Shown piece by piece: positions 16,666-25,699 of a stretch of 64,000 nucleotides of DNA. Source of the stretch: Acidobacteria bacterium RIFCSPLOWO2_12_FULL_65_11 (GTDB lineage: Bacteria; Acidobacteriota; Vicinamibacteria; Vicinamibacterales; CAVVIG01); assembly GCA_001767495.1 (NCBI GenBank), contig MELA01000141.1:933-64932 (forward strand), given 5' to 3'. The notes beneath the pieces were generated by a model. It was not told the origin of the DNA and made no database searches. It was given only the letters and a program-made list of their open reading frames with translations. The first letter of the stretch is position 1. Each line of letters opens with the position of its first letter. The position numbers were made by a program, and so were the translations under genes.

Positions 16666-17877
16666 GTGGATCGTCCGACGCTGGAGGTGGCGGACATCTT
16701 CCGTCGCTACGGCGACACCTATCGGGACGCGGCCGGTTCCTCACTCTCGACCGCTCAGCGGCGGGTGATGACCGCGATCGAGACATGCCGCACCGCCGCC
16801 CTCGGCGGGCACGTCGAGCAGTGCGACACGTGTGGCCACCAGCGCATCGCCTACAACTCGTGTCGGAATCGCCACTGTCCGAAAGGCCAATCGCTTGCTC
16901 GCGCCGCGTGGATCGAGCCGCGCACGGCCGAAGTGCTCGAGTGCGCATACGTTCACGTCGTCTTCACGATCCCTGCGTCGATCGCCGCCATTGCGCTCCC
17001 GAACAAAGCGGTCGTGTACCGGATCCTCTTTCGCGCGACGGCCGAGACCCTCCGGACCATTGCGGCTGACCCCCGGCATCTCGGCGCACAAATCGGGTTC
17101 TTCGCTGTGCTTCATACGTGGGGCCAGACGCTGGTCCATCATCCGCATCTGCACTGCGTCGTGCCGGGCGGCGGTCTCTCGTCCGATGGCACCCGCTGGA
17201 TCGCCTGTCGCCCGGGGTTCTTGCTGCCCGCCCGGGTGCTGTCACGCCTCTTCCGCCGGGTATTCCTGCAACAACTTCAGGCGGCGTTCACGGTCGGCCC
17301 GCTCACCCTGACGGGCTCGCTTCAGGCGCTCCGCGATCCGGACGCCTGGGCGCGCTATCTGGCACCGGTGCGGCAGACCGAGTGGGTCATCTACGCCAAG
17401 CGGCCTTTTGCCGGCCCGTCACCGGTCCTCGACTATGTCGGTCGGTACACGCATCGGGTCGCCATCTCGAACGATCGGATCCGGGAGATCGACGACGATG
17501 ACGTCCGCTTTACCGATAAGGACTACCGGGCGAGTCCCGCGCAGTCCGTGAAACCGATCACGCTTGCCGCCACCGAATTCATTCGCCGCTTTCTGTTACA
17601 CGTGCTGCCTTGGGGCTTTCACCGGATTCGGTATGACGGCTTCCTCGGTCCTCGCCATCGGGCCGAGAAGCTCTCACGCTGCCGCCAGCGTTTGGCGTCC
17701 ACCCCGACGCCCGCCACCTCGCCGGCCACCGTGACCGCCGCCGCTGACCCGCCGCGCCTTGCTGTCCGGGCACGCGTCTCGATGCGCCTATGCCCGGCCT
17801 GTGGGCGAGGTCACCTGATCGTGCTCGACCAACTGCCGCCCACCGCCCGTCCCTCGCTCATCCCGGATACGTCGTGA
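16666..17877 (+). CDS. IS91-family (Y2 HUH, rolling-circle) transposase
   Basis: N-terminal Zn-binding CDTCGH..CRNRHCPKG. HUH region LHTWGQTLVHHPHLHCVV. Tyr motif YVGRYTHRVAISNDRI. C-terminal CPACG. Confidence 0.9.
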   Translation: MDRPTLEVADIFRRYGDTYRDAAGSSLSTAQRRVMTAIETCRTAALGGHVEQCDTCGHQRIAYNSCRNRHCPKGQSLARAAWIEPRTAEVLECAYVHVVFTIPASIAAIALPNKAVVYRILFRATAETLRTIAADPRHLGAQIGFFAVLHTWGQTLVHHPHLHCVVPGGGLSSDGTRWIACRPGFLLPARVLSRLFRRVFLQQLQAAFTVGPLTLTGSLQALRDPDAWARYLAPVRQTEWVIYAKRPFAGPSPVLDYVGRYTHRVAISNDRIREIDDDDVRFTDKDYRASPAQSVKPITLAATEFIRRFLLHVLPWGFHRIRYDGFLGPRHRAEKLSRCRQRLASTPTPATSPATVTAAADPPRLAVRARVSMRLCPACGRGHLIVLDQLPPTARPSLIPDTS

Positions 17878-18410
17878 CATCCCCCATCCTCACTCACGGG
17901 CGTGCGTCACACGCGCCACTGCCGCGTCACGCATCTCGTGTGTCTCGATCAGGACTCGCCGTGCGTGCCACCGCCACCCCACACGATCCGATTGCGTCGC
18001 GGCGCACTTCTGCGCCCCTCCTCTCCACATCGCCCTCTGGCTCCCACGTCTCTGCTCGATGTCCAGTCCTTCGCCGAGGTCCCACGTCATTCAATGCCCA
18101 TAGCCGACGCATCCGGCTAGCGGTTTCGTCCCATCCGTTTTTCAGTCACCGGCGCGGCGAGCGCACACCTCTCCACCTCCCAACGCTCTCGCGCCGCGCC
18201 GCCGACCGAAAAACGCTCTGGATTAGGACCGTCTGGGAGTTAGCATAACGCCCGTTCTCAGATCCGCTCCCCCTCCGACAGCGCGGATTGGCTGTCCCTG
18301 AAGCGCCGATTGTGAGACTCCCGCGAGGGATCGTCAAGCACCAGAAGCCTCGTGTGAGGCGTGGCGGCGCCCACGGGCACACCTCCGGCGCGCTGACGCG
18401 TCCGCCATCG

Positions 18411-19502
18411 TCAGGAGCACGGGTCGAACATCGGGGTCTCGTCGCCTACAAGGTCGGCATCCCGCGCGGTGAGCGGCGGCGCGCGGGCAGGACGCGGCGC
18501 GGGAATCTCGGCGGGCAGATCCAGATGATGCAGGATCCGCTCGATCACCGCCGCCTGCTCGATGAGCGCCACCAGGCGCAGCCGGCCGCCGCACCGCGGG
18601 CAGGCCAGCACGTCGAACCCGAACGTCCGGCTCATCAAGTCGGCCCACAGCCGGTTGTGCCCAGGGCCCCGAGCCGCCGTCGGCGTGTCGCGCGGACCGT
18701 GTGGCGTCGGACGAGACGCGATCGCCCCGGCGTCACGACCTGTCGCGGTCGTGTGCGTGACGACCGCCGACCGCCACGCCGCCCGCGGCGCCAGGACGCC
18801 GTGATAGAGAATCAGATTGATCCGCGGCCGCGGCACAAGCACCGCCAGGCGTCCCAGAAAGTCGAGCGGATCCCCCTCCAGGTGCGTCGTGCCATCCGCC
18901 CACCGATGCCGGAGCTGAAGCCGCACGCGCCCGTCGACCGTCACGCTGAGCCGTTCTCGCGCCACGGGCGGACGCAACGCATAGCGACACACCGCCTCGA
19001 GCCGCGCCCGCTGCCCGGCCGGCACCGGCGCTTCGGCCGCCCAGGCGTCCTCCTCGCTGGCCTCGTCGCGATCCCCGAGCCCGCGCCGATCGAGCACGCG
19101 CCTGATCCCCGGCTCTACCGTGGCCAGCACCTCCGCCACATCCAGATCCGTGAGGCGAGGCGCCGGGTGAAACGCCAGAGCACCCGCTTCGTCCCTCGCG
19201 AAGACGCCGTCCACCACGAGCGCGTGGATGTGCACGTTGAGATTGAGCGCGCCCCCGAACCGCTGGACGATCGCGACCGCGCCCCCGCGGCCGTCCTGCA
19301 CGCCGTCCCATCGCGCGCGGCCGCGCAGCCAGCCGCACCGCAGAAAGGATCGGAACTCCTGCTCGACAAATCGCGGCAGCCCGTCCCCGTCGCGCAGACT
19401 CGCGGCCTGCACGCGGAAGGTCTCGAACTGCTCCCGCACGACCTGGTACAGCACGCTCCCGGCAGGACTCCGCGGTTCGTAGCGGACCGATGGCAGCGCC
19501 AC
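18411..19502 (-). pseudogene. second, divergent IS91-family transposase with internal deletion of the Zn-binding segment
   Basis: Retains FLRCG, NLNVHIHALVVDGV (HUH), CRYALRPPVARERL and C-terminal ACPRCGG..ILHHLDLP. The sequence jumps from FLRCGWLRG directly to AVAIVQRFG. Confidence 0.6.
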
Positions 19503-19658
19503 GCGCCGCGCTGTGGCGAGCGGCGTGCCAACGAGTGACGGCCGGAATCGCTGGACTTCCGGACGATCGGGTCCGCGAAGGTGGCAGTTTCTGCGTACGC
19601 GAACATGGTGGCGTCGGCAGATTCTCTGGCGACAACGCTGGAGCCGTCGTACGGGACA

Positions 19659-22013
19659 ATGATGAGGATGGCTTCAAAGGACCCTGTGTGTGGGATGAGC
19701 GTCAGGCCGGACAGTCCCCACCGGCTCGAGTACGCGGGCGATACCTATCTTTTCTGCTGCGCCGGGTGTCTGGCGAAATTCCGCGACAACCCGACACGGT
19801 ACTTGGAAACGGTTTCGCACCACGTGGGGGCCGGCTTCAGCCGGACCGAAGTCCGCCTGAAGGCGGACGCCACGATAGCTTCGAAACTCTCTGCCGGGAT
19901 GACCTACACATGCCCGATGCACCCCGAGATCGTCCGCAGCGCCCCCGGCCCATGTCCCCTCTGCGGGATGGCGCTCGAGCCCCGCACGGTGACAAGTGCA
20001 GCCGAGGAGCAGAATCCCGAGCTGCGGGACATGACGCGCCGCCTCTGGATCGCGACAGCCCTTACGGCACCGCTCCTGATCTCGGTGATGAGCGACATGC
20101 TGCCGGGAGCCGGGACGCTCTTTTCGATGTCCATGAGGACGCAGATGCTCCTCGACCTCGCTCTGGCCACACCGGTGTGCATCTGGGCCGCATGGCCCTT
20201 TTATGAACGTGCCGTGTCGTCGGTCGTCCACCGCAGCCTGAACATGTTCACGCTCATCGGGCTCGGCGTCAGCGTCGCGTACGTCTACAGCCTCGTCGCG
20301 ACCCTCTTTCCGGAGATCTTTCCGGATTCCTTCCGCGCGGAAGGCGAGGTTGCCGTCTACTTCGAGGCCGCCGCCGTCATCACGACGCTCATCCTCCTTG
20401 GCCAAGTGCTCGAGCTGCGCGCGAGAAGCCACACGAGCGCTGCGATCAGAGAGTTGCTAGGCCTGGCGCCGAAGACGGCGCGGCGGCTTCGCGAGGACGG
20501 ACTCGACGAGGACGTTCCGCTCGAGACGGTGCAGGTCGGCGACCGGTTGCGCGTGCGACCGGGCGAGAAGGTGCCGGTCGATGGCGTCGTCCTCGACGGA
20601 CACAGCCATGTGGACGAGTCGATGATCACCGGCGAGCCCATGCCCGTGGAGAAACAGTCGGGGGACCGCGTGGTCGGCGCGACGATGAACGGCACCGGCG
20701 GCCTGGTGATACGCGCGGAGAAGGTCGGGGCCGAGACGCTCCTGGCGCGCATCGTCGCCATGGTGGCCGAGGCACAGCGCAGCCGGGCACCGATTCAGAA
20801 GCTCGCGGACGTCGTCTCGGGCTACTTCGTGCCAATCGTCATCCTGACCGCCGTCGTCACGTTCGTCGTGTGGGGACTCGTCGGACCGGAGCCTCGAATG
20901 GCGCATGCGCTCATCAATGCCGTCGCGGTGCTCATCATCGCCTGCCCATGTGCGCTCGGACTGGCCACGCCGATGTCGATCATGGTGGCGACGGGCAAGG
21001 GCGCGACGATGGGTGTGCTCTTCAGGAACGCGGAGGCCATCGAGATCCTGCGCAAGGTGGACACGCTGGTGGTCGACAAGACGGGCACGCTCACCGAGGG
21101 CAAACCGAAGCTGGTGAGCGTCACGCCGGCCCCGGGCGTCAAAGAAGATGAACTACTTCGCCTGGCGGCCAGCCTCGAGCGAGGGAGCGAGCACCCACTC
21201 GCGGCCGCCATCGTCAGAGGCGCCGAGGCCAGAGGCCTCGAGCTGGCCGACGCCGAGCGATTCGAGTCGATCACTGGAAAGGGCGTGAAGGGACGCGTCG
21301 AGGGCCATGATGTGGCGCTCGGAAACAAGGCGTTGCTCGAAAGTCTCGGCATCGAGGCGCGACCGCTCGTGGAGCGCGCCGAAGAACTCCGGGCGGATGG
21401 GCAGACAGTCATGTTCGTCGCGATTGACCGCAGCGCGGCAGGCCTTCTGGGCGTGGCCGATCCCATCAAGGAGAGCACGCCCGACGCGATTGCGGCATTG
21501 CACAAAGACGGCGTCCGCCTGGTGATGCTGACGGGCGACAGCCAGACGACGGCCCAGGCGGTCGCCCGGAAGCTTGGCATAGACGAAGTGATGGCCGAGG
21601 TGCTGCCGGATCAGAAGGCCGACAAGGTCAAGCGCCTCCAAGCCGAGGGCCGGGTCGTCGCGATGGCGGGCGACGGCATCAACGATGCGCCGGCGCTCGC
21701 CCAGGCACACGTGGGCATTGCGATGGGCACCGGCACGGATGTCGCGATGGAAAGCGCGGGCGTGACGCTCGTGAAGGGCGACCTTCGTGGCATCGCACGG
21801 GCGCGCGGCCTCTCGCGACAGACGATGCGCAACATCAAGCAGAATCTGTTTTTCGCGTTCGTTTACAACACGGCGGGTGTGCCCATCGCCGCCGGTGTGC
21901 TCTATCCGGCGTTCGGCCTCCTTCTGAGCCCCATCATCGCTGCGGCCGCCATGAGCTTCAGCTCGTTGTCGGTGGTCGCCAACGCCCTCCGTCTTCGTCG
22001 AGCGGGCGTTTAG
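19659..22013 (+). CDS. copA: copper-translocating P1B-1 P-type ATPase with N-terminal TRASH/YHS and YTCPMHPE metal-binding modules
   Basis: [18 protein letters not shown] (TRASH), [21 protein letters not shown] motif ([13 protein letters not shown]), [17 protein letters not shown]. Start ATG 19659 is tentative. Confidence 0.92.
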   Translation: MMRMASKDPVCGMSVRPDSPHRLEYAGDTYLFCCAGCLAKFRDNPTRYLETVSHHVGAGFSRTEVRLKADATIASKLSAGMTYTCPMHPEIVRSAPGPCPLCGMALEPRTVTSAAEEQNPELRDMTRRLWIATALTAPLLISVMSDMLPGAGTLFSMSMRTQMLLDLALATPVCIWAAWPFYERAVSSVVHRSLNMFTLIGLGVSVAYVYSLVATLFPEIFPDSFRAEGEVAVYFEAAAVITTLILLGQVLELRARSHTSAAIRELLGLAPKTARRLREDGLDEDVPLETVQVGDRLRVRPGEKVPVDGVVLDGHSHVDESMITGEPMPVEKQSGDRVVGATMNGTGGLVIRAEKVGAETLLARIVAMVAEAQRSRAPIQKLADVVSGYFVPIVILTAVVTFVVWGLVGPEPRMAHALINAVAVLIIACPCALGLATPMSIMVATGKGATMGVLFRNAEAIEILRKVDTLVVDKTGTLTEGKPKLVSVTPAPGVKEDELLRLAASLERGSEHPLAAAIVRGAEARGLELADAERFESITGKGVKGRVEGHDVALGNKALLESLGIEARPLVERAEELRADGQTVMFVAIDRSAAGLLGVADPIKESTPDAIAALHKDGVRLVMLTGDSQTTAQAVARKLGIDEVMAEVLPDQKADKVKRLQAEGRVVAMAGDGINDAPALAQAHVGIAMGTGTDVAMESAGVTLVKGDLRGIARARGLSRQTMRNIKQNLFFAFVYNTAGVPIAAGVLYPAFGLLLSPIIAAAAMSFSSLSVVANALRLRRAGV
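19829..19868 (+). repeat. REP-like P/Q hairpin dimer inside the copA reading frame
   Basis: GGCCGGCTTCAGCCGGACC GAA GTCCGCCTGAAGGCGGAC translated in frame as [14 protein letters not shown]. Confidence 0.85.
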
Positions 22014-22017
22014 CGCG

Positions 22018-22368
22018 TCACCTCCGGCGCCGGCGCTTGATTGGCGGATAGGTGACACTGGTCCACCGGTCTGTCACGTCGGCAATCGAGTCGAGCGCTT
22101 CCCGCACGCGCACCAACTCATGGCGCGACATCTGATATTCGGCCGGTTGCTGCTGTTGGGTTTCCGCCACGAGCATCGAGATTGGCACCGCGAGCGCCTT
22201 TGCCACGCGGTCGAGGGTCAGGATCGTCGGATTCGCGTCGCCCCGTTCGATTTCGCCGACGAACTTATAGCTGAGGCCGGATCGTTCGGCGAGCTGTTCC
22301 TGAGTGAGACGCCGCCGGGCGCGCAAAGCCTTGACGGCGGCGCCTACGTGTGTCCGGATATCGGTCAA
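22018..22368 (-). CDS. XRE-family helix-turn-helix transcriptional regulator
   Basis: LTQEQLAERSGLSYKFVGEIERGDANPTILTLDRVAKAL is a canonical Cro/C1 HTH. Confidence 0.85.
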   Translation of the reverse strand: MTDIRTHVGAAVKALRARRRLTQEQLAERSGLSYKFVGEIERGDANPTILTLDRVAKALAVPISMLVAETQQQQPAEYQMSRHELVRVREALDSIADVTDRWTSVTYPPIKRRRRR

Positions 22369-22444
22369 ATGGCAGGAGCCTCCCTCGTCGAATTATGGGA
22401 AGGCCCTCTGGCTATAAAACCCACTATACGTACTACATCGTAGG

Positions 22445-22711
22445 ATGTTTACGTGCTACACTCCGCGGGCGATGACCGCCGAGCAGAATCTCGCCGCACC
22501 GTCGTCGAACGCGCGTGAGTGGCAGGCCTTTGTCGACGCGCTCCAGGTGTTAGTCCTCGTCGCCGATGCGGCGGCGCGTCGACTTACGGAGCGCGCCGAG
22601 GTCGAGGCGTGCGGAGACGTCGTGGCCGCAACGAACCGCGTCCTGGAACTGACACCTCGCGTGCTGAAGACACTGCGAACTGCCGCTAGAGCGCCATCCC
22701 GGACAGCTTGA
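22445..22711 (+). CDS. hypothetical small protein divergent from the XRE regulator
   Basis: 88-codon ORF with high GC3. No family recognised. Its 3' end overlaps the cusA relic antisense. Confidence 0.4.
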   Translation: MFTCYTPRAMTAEQNLAAPSSNAREWQAFVDALQVLVLVADAAARRLTERAEVEACGDVVAATNRVLELTPRVLKTLRTAARAPSRTA

Positions 22712-22754
22712 GGGCGCCCTTCCTGAGCGCCCGCAGCTTCATGATGTAGAAAAT
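22686..22754 (-). pseudogene. relic of the 3' end of a cusA-like RND gene (22 codons plus stop)
   Basis: Reverse translation IFYIMKLRALRKGALKLSGMAL* versus the 35278-38429 C-terminus IFYIMKLRALRKGTLKVSGMA*. About 50/60 nt identical by eye, and similarity stops abruptly upstream. Confidence 0.7.
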
Positions 22755-22825
22755 GCGGTCGGCAACGCGAAGTGACGCTCGCGGTGGTGGATCCTTTGGA
22801 CCGGCGCGTGGTATAAGGAACGTCG

Positions 22826-23128
22826 ATGCGCCGATGGCTGTTGTTAGCCGTGCTCGCCTTGTTGATCGCCGATGCGGGTGGACTCACCGCCTTCGCGGAG
22901 ACAGAAGCGTGCGCCTTGACTTCAACAACCGATCGCGGCCCGGACGGAACCTGTCCGACGTTTTGCGTCCGTTGCGGTTGTTGCGCGACTCCCATCCTTC
23001 ACTCCGTTCTTGACGTCGTCGCCACGTTCATCCCACCCGTCGTCGCCCTGCCACAAGCGGCAACCACCGGGCTGCCGTCCGCTATGGGTTCTGAGATCCT
23101 TCACGTCCCCAAACTCCGTCTCGCGTAG
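22826..23128 (+). CDS. small secreted Cys-rich protein leading RND operon 1
   Basis: Signal peptide MRRWLLLAVLALLIADAGG. Six Cys in EACALTSTTDRGPDGTCPTFCVRCGCC. Tail TGLPSAMGSEILHVPKLRLA. Confidence 0.55.
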   Translation: MRRWLLLAVLALLIADAGGLTAFAETEACALTSTTDRGPDGTCPTFCVRCGCCATPILHSVLDVVATFIPPVVALPQAATTGLPSAMGSEILHVPKLRLA

Positions 23129-23130
23129 CT

Positions 23131-23230
23131 ACAGCGTTTTTCACAACGCCGTAGTACGTAGTGTCCGGCTTTAGCCGGACCAGCGGGCGGTCCGCCTGAA
23201 GGCGGACACTACAGCGTTGTGAAAAGCGCA
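23131..23230 (+). mobile_element. MITE-like element: REP P/Q hairpin pair between 19-nt terminal inverted repeats (copy A)
   Basis: Identical over all 100 nt to the reverse complement of 60686-60798, apart from a 13-nt duplication in that copy. Ends are GCGTTTTTCACAACGCCGT and ACAGCGTTGTGAAAAGCGC. Confidence 0.8.
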
Positions 23231-23280
23231 TTAGACACACACAGTTCGACCGTCTATCCGTTTTTTTCGCAAGGAGCAGT

Positions 23281-24504
23281 ATGTCCAGTCGCTGTGTATG
23301 GGCGGTGGGTGTGGCGGCGTTTGTCTGCGGTGGGACCGCTGCAAGCGGCCAGTCCACGCTGACCTATCAACAGGCTCTCACGATGGCGCGAGAACGCGCG
23401 CCGAGGGTCGCGATTGCCAGAGCGCGCATTGACGAAGCGCGAGGTCGAATTGTCGGCGCGCGGATGAGGTTTCGCGACAACCCGGTCCTCGATGTCTCTG
23501 CAGGCCCGCGGACACTGGAAAGCGAGACGGTGACCGACTTCGAGCTCGGTATCAATCAGATTGTCGAGCTCGGCAATCGTCGGACGGCTCGCATCGACGC
23601 GGCTGAAGCCTCGGTCGTGCGCGAAGCCGCGACATCGGACGCCACCATTCGCCAACTCATCCGTGATGTCGCGGTCAGCTTCGTCCGCGGGCAGCAGGCC
23701 CAGGCGCGGCTCGATGTCCTGCGTGCTGCGGAGTCGGTGGCGAAAGACGCCTTGGATGCAGCTGACCGCCGCTATCGGGCCGGCGACGTCGCCGTGCTTG
23801 ACGTCAACGTCGCCCGGGCCTCGGTGGCCCGCGCCACTGCACACGTGCGGGTCGCGGACGCAGACCGCGCAGCGGCGGTCGGTGAGCTGAAAGCACTGCT
23901 GGCGTGGACGGAGGGCGCGGATCCAGCGGTCGAAGGCGACCTGCGCGATCGCATTCGGGACGGACTCGCCGTGCAACTCCTGCCAGCCAACGAGCGGCCG
24001 GAAGTCAGGATGCTCCTGGCGGAAGCGGCGGAAGCGCAGGCTGACGTCAGGCTCGGACAAGGACTCAAGAAACCCGATCTGGGGTTTGGGCTGCGGTTCG
24101 AGCGTGAAGAAGGACATCGAGCTGCCGCCGCGGGTTTTTCAATCGGGCTTCCGCTCTTCAGCAAGGGCCAGGAGCAGATGGCGACCGGTCTGGCGCGGGC
24201 CAGCCGAGCGGAGCTGGAACGCGGCGTGGTCGTCACGGAGCTGGAGCTTCGAGCTCGGTCGGCACAGACGGTCTTTCAGATGCGTCTGGCCGCCGCCGAG
24301 CCACTCCAACGCGACGTCTTACCGGGTCTTGAGGAGAACGAGCGTCTGGCCCGACGCAGTTTTGAGGTAGGCGAACTGAGTCTGCCCGATCTACTCGTCA
24401 TTCGTCGTGAATTCGTCGACACGCGCCTGCAACTCGTGGATGCGCTCGCAGACGCCGCAATCGCGTCGATCGACCTGCAGGCCGCAGCGGGGGTACTCCG
24501 ATGA
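23281..24504 (+). CDS. TolC-family outer-membrane efflux protein (CzcC/CusC-like), operon 1
   Basis: AAGGAG RBS, signal peptide and two OEP repeats. ATGA overlap with the downstream adaptor. Confidence 0.85.
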   Translation: MSSRCVWAVGVAAFVCGGTAASGQSTLTYQQALTMARERAPRVAIARARIDEARGRIVGARMRFRDNPVLDVSAGPRTLESETVTDFELGINQIVELGNRRTARIDAAEASVVREAATSDATIRQLIRDVAVSFVRGQQAQARLDVLRAAESVAKDALDAADRRYRAGDVAVLDVNVARASVARATAHVRVADADRAAAVGELKALLAWTEGADPAVEGDLRDRIRDGLAVQLLPANERPEVRMLLAEAAEAQADVRLGQGLKKPDLGFGLRFEREEGHRAAAAGFSIGLPLFSKGQEQMATGLARASRAELERGVVVTELELRARSAQTVFQMRLAAAEPLQRDVLPGLEENERLARRSFEVGELSLPDLLVIRREFVDTRLQLVDALADAAIASIDLQAAAGVLR

Positions 24505-25694
24505 CAACACGACTCGCGGTTCACGTACTGCTGCTCCCGGCCGCACTGAGCGTCTGGGGCTGTCGATCCGACTCGCCCTCGGCCGAGCCGGGCCGTTCAG
24601 CGGCGGCCGCCGAAACGGCCGAGACGGCCAAGACAGCAAATCCTCTGTCGCTGCAGATCGACCGAGAAATGCTGCGGGATCTGCGGATCACCACGACGAA
24701 GACAGAGGTCCGGCCGGCCGGTGAAGCGATCAGTGTTCTGGGCGAGTTGCGTGTGGACGAGAGGCGTTATGCCGAAGTGGGCTCGCCCATCACCGCCCGA
24801 GCCGTCCGACTGCTCGCCTCCCTTGGTGACACCGTTATCGCAGGGCAAGCGCTTGTCGAGCTTCAGAGCGGCGACCTTGCCAAAGCTCGCGCCGATTTCG
24901 CGGTGGCGGCAAGTCGCGTCGAGCTCACGCGCCGCGTGCTGGTCAGAAGGCGTGATTTGGCCGCGGAACGAATTACGCCGGAACGCGAAGTTGAGGAGGC
25001 TGAATCGCAATTGTCGGTTGCCGAGGCTGAGCTGCGCTCAGCTCGCGCCGCGTTGCAGGCGCTCGGTGTCGCCGCCGACGAGCCGTCCGACGAGCCATCG
25101 CACTTCACACTGCGGACACCCATTGCAGGAACCGTCATCGAACGATCGCTCGCGATCGGCCAGATGGTCGATCCCGCCAAGCCGCTGTTCGAAATCGCCG
25201 ACTTGTCCCGATTGTGGCTGATCGTCCACGCCTTCGAGCGGGACGCCGTGCGGGTGAAGGTCGGCGCCGCTGCGCGCGTCACCCTACCGGCGATGCCCGG
25301 CCGCACGTTCGGCGGCACCGTCACGCTCGTCGGAAGCCGCGTGGACGCCGATTCTCGAACCGTTCCTGTCAGGCTCGAATTGGCGAACCCCGGTCAGACA
25401 TTGCGGCCCGGCATGTCAGCCACTGCGGCCATCCTGCTCTCGGAGACCGCGGGCAGAATTCTGACCGTGCCGGTCGCCGCCTTGCAGCGGGTGCAGGACC
25501 AGTGGGTGGTGTTCATCCCGCAGTCCGAAGGCGTGTTCGACATCCGGGCGGTCGGGCGTGGACGCGATCTGAACGGCGAGGTCGAGATTCTGACGGGCTT
25601 GCGGCCCGACGATACCGTCGTCGTCGACGGAGCGTTCCTCCTCAAGGCTGAAGCCGACAAAGCTCGCGGTGCCGGCGAACACGAGACGCACTGA
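24501..25694 (+). CDS. efflux RND periplasmic adaptor (HlyD/CzcB family), operon 1
   Basis: Lipoyl/barrel-sandwich signature (LVELQSGDLAKA, RTPIAGTVIERS), coiled-coil hairpin, C-terminal beta-barrel. Confidence 0.88.
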   Translation: MTTRLAVHVLLLPAALSVWGCRSDSPSAEPGRSAAAAETAETAKTANPLSLQIDREMLRDLRITTTKTEVRPAGEAISVLGELRVDERRYAEVGSPITARAVRLLASLGDTVIAGQALVELQSGDLAKARADFAVAASRVELTRRVLVRRRDLAAERITPEREVEEAESQLSVAEAELRSARAALQALGVAADEPSDEPSHFTLRTPIAGTVIERSLAIGQMVDPAKPLFEIADLSRLWLIVHAFERDAVRVKVGAAARVTLPAMPGRTFGGTVTLVGSRVDADSRTVPVRLELANPGQTLRPGMSATAAILLSETAGRILTVPVAALQRVQDQWVVFIPQSEGVFDIRAVGRGRDLNGEVEILTGLRPDDTVVVDGAFLLKAEADKARGAGEHETH

Positions 25695-25699
25695 CGACC

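Larger units (their letters stand above)
15775..17877 (+). mobile_element. IS91-family unit (integrase + transposase); minimal extent, true ends not determined
   Basis: Two adjacent mobile-element genes 10 nt apart. ori-IS/ter-IS ends could not be identified by eye. Confidence 0.6.

Noticed and set aside
17878-18410. ORFs 17790-18248, 17890-18090 and others between the two IS91 transposases
   Set aside because: Pro/Arg/Ser-rich with no family resemblance. More likely non-coding IS terminal DNA.
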